A stretch of 64,000 bases of DNA from sequence record PP968062.1. One strand, 5' to 3'. The notes beneath the pieces were generated by a model. It had not been told where the DNA came from. It did no database searches and was given only the letters and a program-made list of their open reading frames with translations. Of the stretch, positions 10,118-18,148 are shown piece after piece (the stretch's first letter is position 1; each line of letters begins with the position of its first letter). The translations under genes and the position numbers were made by a program.

Positions 10118-10450
10118 ATGTCTGAACTTGCACCTATCCAACATGAAGTATATACCGCTTTCTGTAGCCCTGCTCTTATGAATAAGACTACCACTGAAGC
10201 GTTCACTCATCTGCACAAACAGTTCCCTCAGATCAAACATTGCGTCAAAAGAAAGACAGGTGAGCACGAGCTACAATTCGTCTTCATCTTCCATGGCGAC
10301 GTGAATGATTTGATTGTCGTGAGAAAGACTACGCCAATGCCTACGCTGAGTAACTTTAATAACGAAGAAGTTGTTCTGAAGGGAGACGCTTTGAAAGAGG
10401 TGCTTGAGAAGGTCGGTCGTGGATCGATATCTCGGACAAAAAGAAAATAG
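10118..10450 (+). CDS. Hypothetical protein
   Basis: GGAG RBS; operon packing. Confidence 0.7.
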   Translation: MSELAPIQHEVYTAFCSPALMNKTTTEAFTHLHKQFPQIKHCVKRKTGEHELQFVFIFHGDVNDLIVVRKTTPMPTLSNFNNEEVVLKGDALKEVLEKVGRGSISRTKRK

Positions 10451-10482
10451 TACTATTTGTGTAATAGTATGTAACACACAAT

Positions 10483-10558
10483 TCCGTGATAGCTCAGCAG
10501 GTAGAGCAGCGCACTGTTAATGCGTTTGTCCCATGTTCGATCCATGGTCGCGGAGCCA
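10483..10558 (+). tRNA. tRNA-Asn(GUU)
   Basis: 76 nt cloverleaf, GCGCA-CTGTTAA-TGCGT, CCA end. Confidence 0.96.
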
Positions 10559-10717
10559 AACGTAAGATCGAGAAGCCCAAAGCTCGATCGAAAGGGACTG
10601 AGAGACTGCGGGTAGCTCAGTATAATCTAACGCCGCCCAATTCAAGAGAGTAGCTTCGGCTACTCTTTTATGCCGTGATGTTATACTCCAATATCGGAGT
10701 TATAGGAGATACTGAAA

Positions 10718-11374
10718 ATGTTGAATAGATCAAAAGGCCTGTTTTTAGATGATAGTAACCTTATGGAAGTTAAGGTTATAAATGCGGTAGGGCATAGAAC
10801 CCATGGTGGTCCTCATATAGAGGATGGATCAAAATATCATAGAACACTTGACTCGTATGAGGTGTTAGCTAAAGGTTATATGTTACGTGAGGGAGTACTG
10901 TCACTAGGTATAAATACATCTGCACACGATATTGAGTATGATGGATTTGGATTTATTAATGTATTTTTAATAGAAGATCCATTACCTCACGTTGAAGCAT
11001 ATAAAGGAAAACATGTTATTCTATCACCTGTACCTAAACAGTTGGCCGATAAAATAATTAAGGATGATAGAAATGTTGGACGATTAACAAATTTAGGAAT
11101 GTTAGATGATTTACTATACCAAATTGATACACGTGTAACTGAAGCATTAATCTATCTAACTGAAAACATGGCACCAGCCAGTCCCGAATATAGGGCAATT
11201 CCACCAGTTCTAACCTTTGACATTTTTGTAGATAATAAATATGTTTCGATATATGCGTTCGAATCAGCTATTAAAGAAAAGTATGGGGATACGATAACAT
11301 TCCGTATTATAGAACCTAATGAACCTCCGACACCAGGAGAGTATTTAAGGATTGAGTTAACTATAACGAAATAG
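10718..11374 (+). CDS. Hypothetical protein in AT-rich island
   Basis: 218 aa ORF, GGAG RBS, visibly more AT-rich than flanks. Confidence 0.7.
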   Translation: MLNRSKGLFLDDSNLMEVKVINAVGHRTHGGPHIEDGSKYHRTLDSYEVLAKGYMLREGVLSLGINTSAHDIEYDGFGFINVFLIEDPLPHVEAYKGKHVILSPVPKQLADKIIKDDRNVGRLTNLGMLDDLLYQIDTRVTEALIYLTENMAPASPEYRAIPPVLTFDIFVDNKYVSIYAFESAIKEKYGDTITFRIIEPNEPPTPGEYLRIELTITK

Positions 11375-11442
11375 CAATATATCCTACAATTTATTCAAAC
11401 AGATTATCTTATGAACTAAATTGTTTACTTGAGAGCACACTC

Positions 11443-13290
11443 ATGTTTGAATTATTGTTATCAGCTGCTGGGCAAGCTAAGCCAGTGGAAATGATACCGT
11501 ATAACCAACCAACATTGTTTGGACAACTGGATGTTGGATTGGTTGGATCGGTACCCTATTTCAGAAATGGTTTATTAAATATTAATAGTGGTGCCCCATC
11601 AAGAAGTACAACTGATAATAACATCAGAATTTTTGATAGCACTGGTACTCAAATCAGTAAAACAGCTGTCCAAAATAGTTATTCACTTTGTCATACGGCG
11701 GGTGTATTTGTTCCAACATCCGATAGACTTTACATGTTCGGTGGGCGTCGTGGCGCTTCTTGGACACAAAACGTCATCACGATGATCAATCCAACTGTAC
11801 CTAATGATAATCTTATTAGTAATCAGTTGATGAATACATCCACTTATAACAGTATCGGCGATTGGGATGGCGGTGAATTTATTTGGGTACTGGAACATGC
11901 AACAGATCTTTTGATTCGCTATAGACTATCGAATAACGTTCGAGAAGTAATGAGTGCCCGGTGCCCTGTTATTCTATCTGGAGCGTATGCATTCTGCCAT
12001 AAAGGGAATTTCTATGTGATGGGTGGATGGAAGAACATCTCTGGCAGTTGGGTTGTTAACCAAGATGTTTATAAATACACCGTTGCTATTAATACATGGA
12101 CATTGTACCATTCATACTCCACAGACTACCACGGTGGTCATCAAGGTGGTAAGTACTGGAACGGGACTTTTAACTACACTATCGTTAAAGATGGTAAGAT
12201 TCATTGTGTTCGTTATTATATCGCCGAAAAACAATTTGTTGTTACTGAGACGAATATTGGTGAGGTCCATGGGACATCAGTCGCATTAAATCCATCGAAT
12301 GGCGATCTGTATCTGATCGGTGGTTCGGACATTGTTATCGATGACGCCCTTTTTAACACCCCTGAAAGAACGAAAGCAGCTATCTATAAATTCACTATTC
12401 CTATCCCTCCAAGTAAAACTGAATGGGAAGTAATGGCAAACGCACCTTATGATAGTCGAGGTTCCACTGCGGTTGTAATAGATGATGAACTGTATATGTT
12501 CGGCGGGTATACAAGTACAGGTGCATATAGAGGCGCGTTTAATAAATATAATCCTGAGACTAATACATGGAACGGTCTATTCACTGGATCTGGTTTAAGT
12601 CCGAGTGCCCGTGCTAATATGTGTGCAGCTGCAAATGATACACATATGTACCTATTCAGTGGATCTAACCAATCAGCAGATTTCTGGCGTTATAACGTAG
12701 CGACCAATGATTGGACGGCTATTACACCCGCTTCTCCGGGTTCATCTAATCCAGTATTTAGAACACAAGCTACGATGGTTCATTATAATGGTAAGCTCTA
12801 TTTGCTTGGTGGGAATAATGAATCTGACGCGTTGTTCGTCTACGATATTGCATCTAACATGTGGTCAAAACGAGTTGCGCAAGGTGGCATCCAACGATCT
12901 TCACATAGAGCGGTTGTTGTCGGCGAGTACATGTATGTCTATGGTGGATTTGTAAATGGTTCGCAATCCGGTCGATTTGATCGAATGAATATGAATACAT
13001 TTGCATGGGAGTCTCTACCGACTACCGATGGTCCCGGTGTTAACAGTTACGGTGTAATGCTGACTAACGATGAAGAAATTATATACATTGGCGGCGCTGA
13101 CGAAGACAAACGTAGAAAAGCCAATGCGTATAATATCCAATCGAGAACTTGGCGTAAACTACCAGAACTACCAAACGGTGTGAATGATGGCTATGGTGGA
13201 TTTATTAATGGCACAGCATATGTTGGCGGTGGTCTAACTGGAGCCAATAATAATACAATTACAGACAAGTTCTATCGTCTTGGAATTTAA
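11443..13290 (+). CDS. Kelch-repeat beta-propeller protein, probably virion-associated
   Basis: Repeated LYMFGG/FYVMGG/LYLIGG/MYVYGG...Y(N/D)...W blades, enough for two propellers. Confidence 0.88.
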   Translation: MFELLLSAAGQAKPVEMIPYNQPTLFGQLDVGLVGSVPYFRNGLLNINSGAPSRSTTDNNIRIFDSTGTQISKTAVQNSYSLCHTAGVFVPTSDRLYMFGGRRGASWTQNVITMINPTVPNDNLISNQLMNTSTYNSIGDWDGGEFIWVLEHATDLLIRYRLSNNVREVMSARCPVILSGAYAFCHKGNFYVMGGWKNISGSWVVNQDVYKYTVAINTWTLYHSYSTDYHGGHQGGKYWNGTFNYTIVKDGKIHCVRYYIAEKQFVVTETNIGEVHGTSVALNPSNGDLYLIGGSDIVIDDALFNTPERTKAAIYKFTIPIPPSKTEWEVMANAPYDSRGSTAVVIDDELYMFGGYTSTGAYRGAFNKYNPETNTWNGLFTGSGLSPSARANMCAAANDTHMYLFSGSNQSADFWRYNVATNDWTAITPASPGSSNPVFRTQATMVHYNGKLYLLGGNNESDALFVYDIASNMWSKRVAQGGIQRSSHRAVVVGEYMYVYGGFVNGSQSGRFDRMNMNTFAWESLPTTDGPGVNSYGVMLTNDEEIIYIGGADEDKRRKANAYNIQSRTWRKLPELPNGVNDGYGGFINGTAYVGGGLTGANNNTITDKFYRLGI

Positions 13291-13334
13291 TAAATACTGG
13301 TATGGTAATACTATGTAAGACTATACCAGATTTC

Positions 13335-13423
13335 GGAGAGATAGGAAAATTGGTAACCCCAGCTGACTGTAAATCAGCCGTCCGTATCGGGCATTACTGG
13401 TTCGAGTCCAGTCCTCTCCACCA
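13335..13423 (+). tRNA. tRNA-Tyr(GUA)
   Basis: GCTGA-CTGTAAA-TCAGC, long variable arm, CCA end. Confidence 0.96.
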
Positions 13424-13485
13424 ATGCGTCATAGTGCTCTCCCTCCGGGGAGAGCTTTATGCCAATTAACACAAAAGGAAATAAC

Positions 13486-14022
13486 ATGTCAGCATTAAGT
13501 TTGATTCAACGATGGGCGCCGGAGGCACCGAGGATTCTCCTCCATGCTAATGACAAGCCCTCCACTACAAAGATGGTTCTCGATAAAGATCACGGGGAAT
13601 ACATGAAGTTTAACGACTTCCTGATCCTCCTTAAGAACGGTATCTTTATTGAAGCTACGAAAGATCTTCATGAAACGCTGCTAGATGGTAGAGCACAACA
13701 AGACCTCATGGCTCGACTGGGTCGTATGGGTTATGAAGACTTCGATCAAGTCATGCGTGTATTGGAAGAACAACGTAGTACTGTTCTCAAAGAGAAAGAG
13801 TATGAAATCTGGCAAGAGGGCCATCAAGCATCTGGTGATTCCAGTAAAGCTCATCTCGTTGGTAAGGCTACAGGTTACTCTTTCCTCGATGCTGTAGACA
13901 ACTACATGAAGACAGCCAGTAAAGATACGAAAGACTGTTTCCGTGCTGAACTGGATGCAGCCTATATCTGGGGTTGCCGTCTGTATGACAATGAAATCGA
14001 TGCACGTAAATCTTTCGGGTGA
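13486..14022 (+). CDS. Conserved phage protein (YEIWQEG...WGCRLYDNEIDARKSFG domain)
   Basis: AAGGA RBS; C-terminal motif I recall from other phage proteins, function unknown. Confidence 0.72.
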   Translation: MSALSLIQRWAPEAPRILLHANDKPSTTKMVLDKDHGEYMKFNDFLILLKNGIFIEATKDLHETLLDGRAQQDLMARLGRMGYEDFDQVMRVLEEQRSTVLKEKEYEIWQEGHQASGDSSKAHLVGKATGYSFLDAVDNYMKTASKDTKDCFRAELDAAYIWGCRLYDNEIDARKSFG

Positions 14023-14025
14023 TCT

Positions 14026-14460
14026 ATGATTCCTAAACTTTCTGTTGCTGATATCCGTAGTAAACAAACTCCTGAACAACTGGCCAATAACCGGGAGAAA
14101 ATCCTGGAAGCAGTCGAGCGTTACCATGCTGCTCAACGAGAGCTTGAAACCTACTGTGAACGTAATGGGTTAGAAGTACCTATCCTAGTCTGTAACTCCA
14201 TGGCAGTTAACAAAGGTATTCCTTCTCGTCTCTCTATGCACGTAATGGTTCAACTCGGTATTGGTGATTATACCAGTCGAATGAACATGAACGCTATCCA
14301 ACTCAGTGATATGATCGAACGTGATCTAACCGATCTTTGGAACAAGCATTATGAGAATGAGTGGATTGATTGGAAACCTTCCGTTAATACATTCCTCTGC
14401 AATGGCCAATATATCATCCAAGTCTTCTTGGGTCGCGAAAAGATCATGGAGTTGAAATGA
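14026..14460 (+). CDS. Hypothetical protein
   Basis: 144 aa, operon packing. Confidence 0.7.
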   Translation: MIPKLSVADIRSKQTPEQLANNREKILEAVERYHAAQRELETYCERNGLEVPILVCNSMAVNKGIPSRLSMHVMVQLGIGDYTSRMNMNAIQLSDMIERDLTDLWNKHYENEWIDWKPSVNTFLCNGQYIIQVFLGREKIMELK

Positions 14461-14606
14461 CTACTGAAGTCAAAAAAGAAAAGCGACATAGAGGGCGACA
14501 AGCCCTCAATGCAGTTGGTGAAATCATCGGTGCTATATTCGAAGGCATCTGGTGGATCCTGACCTGTCCGTTCCGTTTAATCGGTGCACTCTGTACACTC
14601 GATTAA
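14457..14606 (+). CDS. Small membrane protein (49 aa)
   Basis: ATGA overlap with upstream stop; MTTEVKKEKRHRG followed by hydrophobic helix; not in ORF track. Confidence 0.6.
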   Translation: MTTEVKKEKRHRGRQALNAVGEIIGAIFEGIWWILTCPFRLIGALCTLD

Positions 14607-14629
14607 AAAGAATACTTGGTTGGTTACAG

Positions 14630-14870
14630 TATGTAACGAACAAAGTTACTTCATCGAAATGCTGCCCGTTGAAACATCTCACGCTAGGTCCAGCAGACTG
14701 TATCGTTTCGATGTGACCTTTATAGCTCCCGGAAACCAAAGGCTAATTGTGGCAAGCCAATGCTTGAGGGAAGTCGATTGGGCCGACCCTAGAGAAAGGT
14801 GTCTCTTCAGTTCCACTGACTGTACCTAACGAGGGATATCAAGATCAATAAGAGACTGGTTTTGGTATTC
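14630..14870 (+). ncRNA. Candidate structured ncRNA B
   Basis: TATG at 14630, terminator at 14878-14898; helices CATCGAAA/TTTCGATG, TGCTG/CAGCA, GTCG/CGAC, AGAGA/TCTCT, CAGT/ACTG. Confidence 0.5.
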
Positions 14871-14956
14871 GACATACAGCTCTCCGTTAAGGAGAGTTTT
14901 ATGCCGTTTTATACTGGGTACTATAACAGTATGTTAAAGGTCGTAAAGAGGTACAC

Positions 14957-15316
14957 ATGACTACATTCATGCCTAGTCACGCAGAAGCTGATATTGATGT
15001 TGCTTCAAGAAACAAAATGCTGTCTGAACTGCTTATAGAAGAGTTCCCTAATACCGAAGGAATGTCCACCGCAGCAGCTGAAGACTATCTACGTTCTAAG
15101 GTCGTAGATAAATTCAACATTAACCATCCGGAATACACAGCTCACGTTAGTTACGATTGTACAGCTCGTGGCGATTTCATCACAGCTTGGGTAACCCGTA
15201 AGCTCGCCTTAATCAAATTGAAAGTTACATCAGAGGAACCAAAATGTTCGAAAACGCAGAATTCAAAGATGATGGCCTTGGGGCACTCATTACGGAAATT
15301 TTTGGTCGGAACCTGA
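14957..15316 (+). CDS. Hypothetical protein
   Basis: GAGG RBS; 3' end overlaps next gene by 73 nt so the end is uncertain. Confidence 0.65.
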   Translation: MTTFMPSHAEADIDVASRNKMLSELLIEEFPNTEGMSTAAAEDYLRSKVVDKFNINHPEYTAHVSYDCTARGDFITAWVTRKLALIKLKVTSEEPKCSKTQNSKMMALGHSLRKFLVGT

Positions 15317-15459
15317 ACCAGAAGTTCCAAGAATGGTACAGCCCACTGATGGCTGATCCGACTATAGAAAAGGTTCCAGTCTGCCGAGGTGGGCAGGTTG
15401 TTAAAGAACCAGCTAACTTCGTAGCTCTTGTAAAAGAGTGGTTAGCGAATCAAGAATAA
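15244..15459 (+). CDS. Hypothetical protein
   Basis: GAGGA RBS. Confidence 0.7.
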   Translation: MFENAEFKDDGLGALITEIFGRNLNQKFQEWYSPLMADPTIEKVPVCRGGQVVKEPANFVALVKEWLANQE

Positions 15460-15484
15460 GTTTACTGAGAAGTAAACCATATGT

Positions 15485-15553
15485 AAGAGTTAATGTCGGT
15501 GGTATCCCTTAACTTAACGGTCGGATGCGAAAAGTGCATCGGTGTTAACTCTT
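15485..15553 (+). ncRNA. Candidate structured ncRNA C
   Basis: Terminal stem of about 15 bp (AAGAGTTAATGTCGG/TCGGTGTTAACTCTT, with G-U pairs) and inner GATGC/GCATC hairpin; TATG at 15480. Confidence 0.5.
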
Positions 15554-15557
15554 CATT

Positions 15558-15643
15558 GGGAGCATAGGCGAATTGGTATAGCCAGCTGGTTTAGGTCCAG
15601 CCGTCGTAAGACACTGTGGGTTCGAGTCCCTCTGCTCCTACCA
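15558..15643 (+). tRNA. tRNA-Leu(UAG)
   Basis: GCTGG-TTTAGGT-CCAGC, long variable arm, CCA end. Confidence 0.95.
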
Positions 15644-15685
15644 TTTACTAGATTCTTGTGTAATACTATACGAGAATATTCAATG

Positions 15686-15845
15686 ACTCTGCATGTTCTC
15701 CGGGTATATCCCATAATTGCTATTCTACTCCTCCCTTAAAAGGATAGCATTTAAAGGTTGCGATGACTAATCGTAATGCAGGGTGATTAATAGTGCCGAC
15801 TATAGCGAGGGTCGGGTCTACACTTAACTGGTGGATTCCAGTACT
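15686..15845 (+). ncRNA. Candidate structured ncRNA D
   Basis: GTAATACTATACG motif upstream; CTGCAT/ATGCAG encloses three hairpins, followed by CCGAC/GTCGG and ACTGG/CCAGT. Confidence 0.45.
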
Positions 15846-15858
15846 CAATTCAAATTCA

Positions 15859-15887
15859 GCCGTTATAGCTCAGCAGGTAGAGCAACT
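15859..15887 (+). pseudogene. 5' fragment of a canonical tRNA-Thr(UGU)
   Basis: GCCGTTATAGCTCAGCAGGTAGAGCAACT = acceptor 5' strand, D arm and start of anticodon stem (thrU-like); stops 3 nt before the HNH start codon. Confidence 0.8.
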
Positions 15888-15890
15888 AAA

Positions 15891-16298
15891 ATGAGAATAG
15901 ATCTTGATTTTCCGTTTAACCAAGATTGGACTCATGGATATCTTAACAGTCAAACAACAGGTCGTCGGATTGTACATCTCCATGATGGTTCAGGCAAAAC
16001 GAAGACAGTTAGTTATGCAAGATATCTAGTCTCTGTGGAGCTAGAACGTCATCTTGAGAAAGATGAAGAAGTGGATCACGTTGACGATAATTTCGAAAAC
16101 GATAAACTACTTAATCTCCAAATTTTAACACCCCGGCAGAACAGAGCAAAGCAAGGTCCTCTAAATAGAGTAGACGTTGTACATGGTTCTTTAACAGCGT
16201 ACCGTTATTGTAAATGTGATATTTGCAAACTCGGTAAAAGTCTGTGGTCTAAGGGTGACAAAATTGGATACGAAAAAAATCTGGCCAACGTAGCATAG
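15891..16298 (+). CDS. HNH homing endonuclease
   Basis: SYARYL...EEVDHVDDNFENDKLLNLQILTPRQN HNH motif; C-terminal HG...Y..CKCDIC module. Confidence 0.9.
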   Translation: MRIDLDFPFNQDWTHGYLNSQTTGRRIVHLHDGSGKTKTVSYARYLVSVELERHLEKDEEVDHVDDNFENDKLLNLQILTPRQNRAKQGPLNRVDVVHGSLTAYRYCKCDICKLGKSLWSKGDKIGYEKNLANVA

Positions 16299-16370
16299 CG
16301 GTCGACTGCAATGGATTTGTAATCCATCGACTAACGTCCATCGTGAGTTCGAATCTCACCGTTGGCTCCA
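16284..16370 (+). tRNA. tRNA-Thr(UGU) with long variable arm
   Basis: GCCAACG/CGTTGGC acceptor, ATGGA-TTTGTAA-TCCAT, extended variable region, GTTCGAATC, U73-CCA. Confidence 0.88.
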
Positions 16371-16376
16371 GTAATA

Positions 16377-16464
16377 CCCAGTGTGGCAGAGTGGTTTAAT
16401 GCACCAGCGAAAAGCTGGCGACAAGTCCTACGAGTCCATAGGTTCGAATCCTATCACTGGCCCA
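16377..16464 (+). pseudogene. Degenerate tRNA-Ser-like gene
   Basis: Ser-type D arm and variable arm, TTCGAAT loop, but a 5-nt anticodon loop (CCAGC-GAAAA-GCTGG) and a 6-bp acceptor stem. Confidence 0.75.
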
Positions 16465-16465
16465 G

Positions 16466-16601
16466 TTTTTGAAATTAGTTGTAAGATGGTAAGGTACAGC
16501 CCGAATCACATTAAAGGAGCCGCCCGGTGATTCATGATGGGTGCATGGGTACAAGTCGAGTGATAAAACGAGTCGCCTTTCACTCCTGCTAATTTCAAAA
16601 A
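16466..16601 (+). ncRNA. Candidate structured ncRNA E
   Basis: Perfect 13-bp terminal inverted repeat TTTTTGAAATTAG/CTAATTTCAAAAA; inner GAATCAC/GTGATTC and GAGTGA/TCACTC. Confidence 0.55.
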
Positions 16602-16609
16602 GCTATTCA

Positions 16610-16687
16610 GGTTCCATAGTCGAGTTGGTTAAGACGCTTGCCTGTCACGCAAGAGATCGTCGGGTTCGAGTCCCACTGGAATCGCCA
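16610..16687 (+). tRNA. tRNA-Asp(GUC)
   Basis: CTTGC-CTGTCAC-GCAAG, G73-CCA; one extra C bulged in the T stem. Confidence 0.94.
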
Positions 16688-16921
16688 TTCGAAAAGACAA
16701 GTCTATAAAACATTAAATAGACTTAGGTCTATTCCAATTGGAGGAATAGTCTCCAGAGGAACTAAACCTCTCGCCTATCCCTCCTCCTAAATGTGCTCTG
16801 GCAAATGTACTATATAGGTAATAGCTAGCTAAAAGAGTGAGCACAGATACCGTTGTAAAGGTAGCCGAAAGGCTACCTTTATTCCGTCAACTACAAATGT
16901 AATTTACTCAAGGGCTTCACT

Positions 16922-17422
16922 ATGAATGACAATATCGTTAACGCACACATTAACTACATCAATATGTTAATCGAGGATTCTCGTCAGATTAATGCAATCG
17001 CAGTTAATCGTGGACTACTTCGTATTAAACAAGATGCAGTAATGATCCGTGAGCATCAAACCGTAGGATTCCACACGGGTCCTTTGTTGAACCCTGATCA
17101 ATTCATTATTGATTGGTACGTAGCTAATGCAGACTCAACATTGGTGATTCCTTATAGTTCCGAAGATGGAGCTAAAATCACTTTGGAAGTAGCACGACGT
17201 ATGCCAGAAGTAAACCCGCAAAGGAACTTCGGTCATATCCGTTCGCTCTCGGTTCGACCTGCCGACACTATCGAGTTCTCTAGTAAACAAGAACACATCA
17301 AATACGTGATCTTGCAGAATGCTAGCAACGTGTTTACTTATGGTACCATCAAGAAGAAATCATTTTACAATTGGGTTGCTAAATGGTTTGCTAAAGATGT
17401 TTATGTAATTCTCGTTAACTAA
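16922..17422 (+). CDS. Hypothetical protein
   Basis: 166 aa ORF after terminator 16857-16880. Confidence 0.72.
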   Translation: MNDNIVNAHINYINMLIEDSRQINAIAVNRGLLRIKQDAVMIREHQTVGFHTGPLLNPDQFIIDWYVANADSTLVIPYSSEDGAKITLEVARRMPEVNPQRNFGHIRSLSVRPADTIEFSSKQEHIKYVILQNASNVFTYGTIKKKSFYNWVAKWFAKDVYVILVN

Positions 17423-17433
17423 AGGAAAATACA

Positions 17434-17882
17434 ATGTTGAATAAAAAGAAACACGTAACGTATTTCTCGCTATTACTAATGTTAAGGTAATGAGATTTCT
17501 CGTGTAGGGATTGGGTGTCATAACTTCAATCCCTTCTTCCGTGTTGATTATGGTGACAAAACAGTAAACTGGGGAAACAAGTATAGCTAAGACTATAGTT
17601 AGAGCAAAACTGATTACAGAATCTGGTGCCTGGATGTCTTCTGATTGGGGACGTGGTTTCATAGTCAATCGCTTTGTTAGACTGGGTGCTGATATCGTCA
17701 CACCAAATGAATTCGAAACACTGTTAACGGACTTCTCGGTTGGAGATATGTTAGTAGTATGGCCCAATGGCCTGAGAACATCGTACAAGACCGATAGCTT
17801 TGATAAGAACTTTACATATGTGAAGGACGAATACTATCAAACTGATCTGATTCCTCTCTTCTATCTAGGGAGTAAACAGTAA
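17434..17882 (+). pseudogene. Hypothetical gene with about three frameshifts
   Basis: AAGGA RBS and ATG; plausible peptide continues across frames (MLNKKKHVTY|FLAITNVK|GNEISRVG...|IAKTIVRAKL...LGSKQ). Confidence 0.55.
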
Positions 17883-18141
17883 TGGCCTTCGCTTGCTGCA
17901 ATGCAGTTTACATGAACTATATCAATCGCGATGGCGGTACCGATATTGAAGTACTGCGTAAGATATCGGGAATGTAGATGAAGTCGTTCAAAAAGAACGC
18001 ACAGATGACTTAGCGCTATGGCATGCTAAGAAGCATGGTACCGAAGTTGCTAAGACTACGTTTGTATTGATTGGTGGGATAGAGCAAGAGCTCTGTATGT
18101 GTGATTGTCATAAACACGACGGTCATTACGTTTTACATTGA
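17882..18141 (+). pseudogene. Small Cys/His-rich gene with one frameshift
   Basis: MAFACC...EVLRK continues in the -1 frame as DIGNVDE...CMCDCHKHDGHYVLH. Confidence 0.55.
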
Positions 18142-18148
18142 GGTGGAT

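Noticed and set aside
15831-15890. ORF-track GTG start for the HNH gene
   Set aside because: The extension reads through the tRNA fragment; ATG at 15891 is the more plausible start
16655-16675. Extra C in the tRNA-Asp T stem
   Set aside because: Single bulge, within normal phage tRNA variation or the local indel error rate
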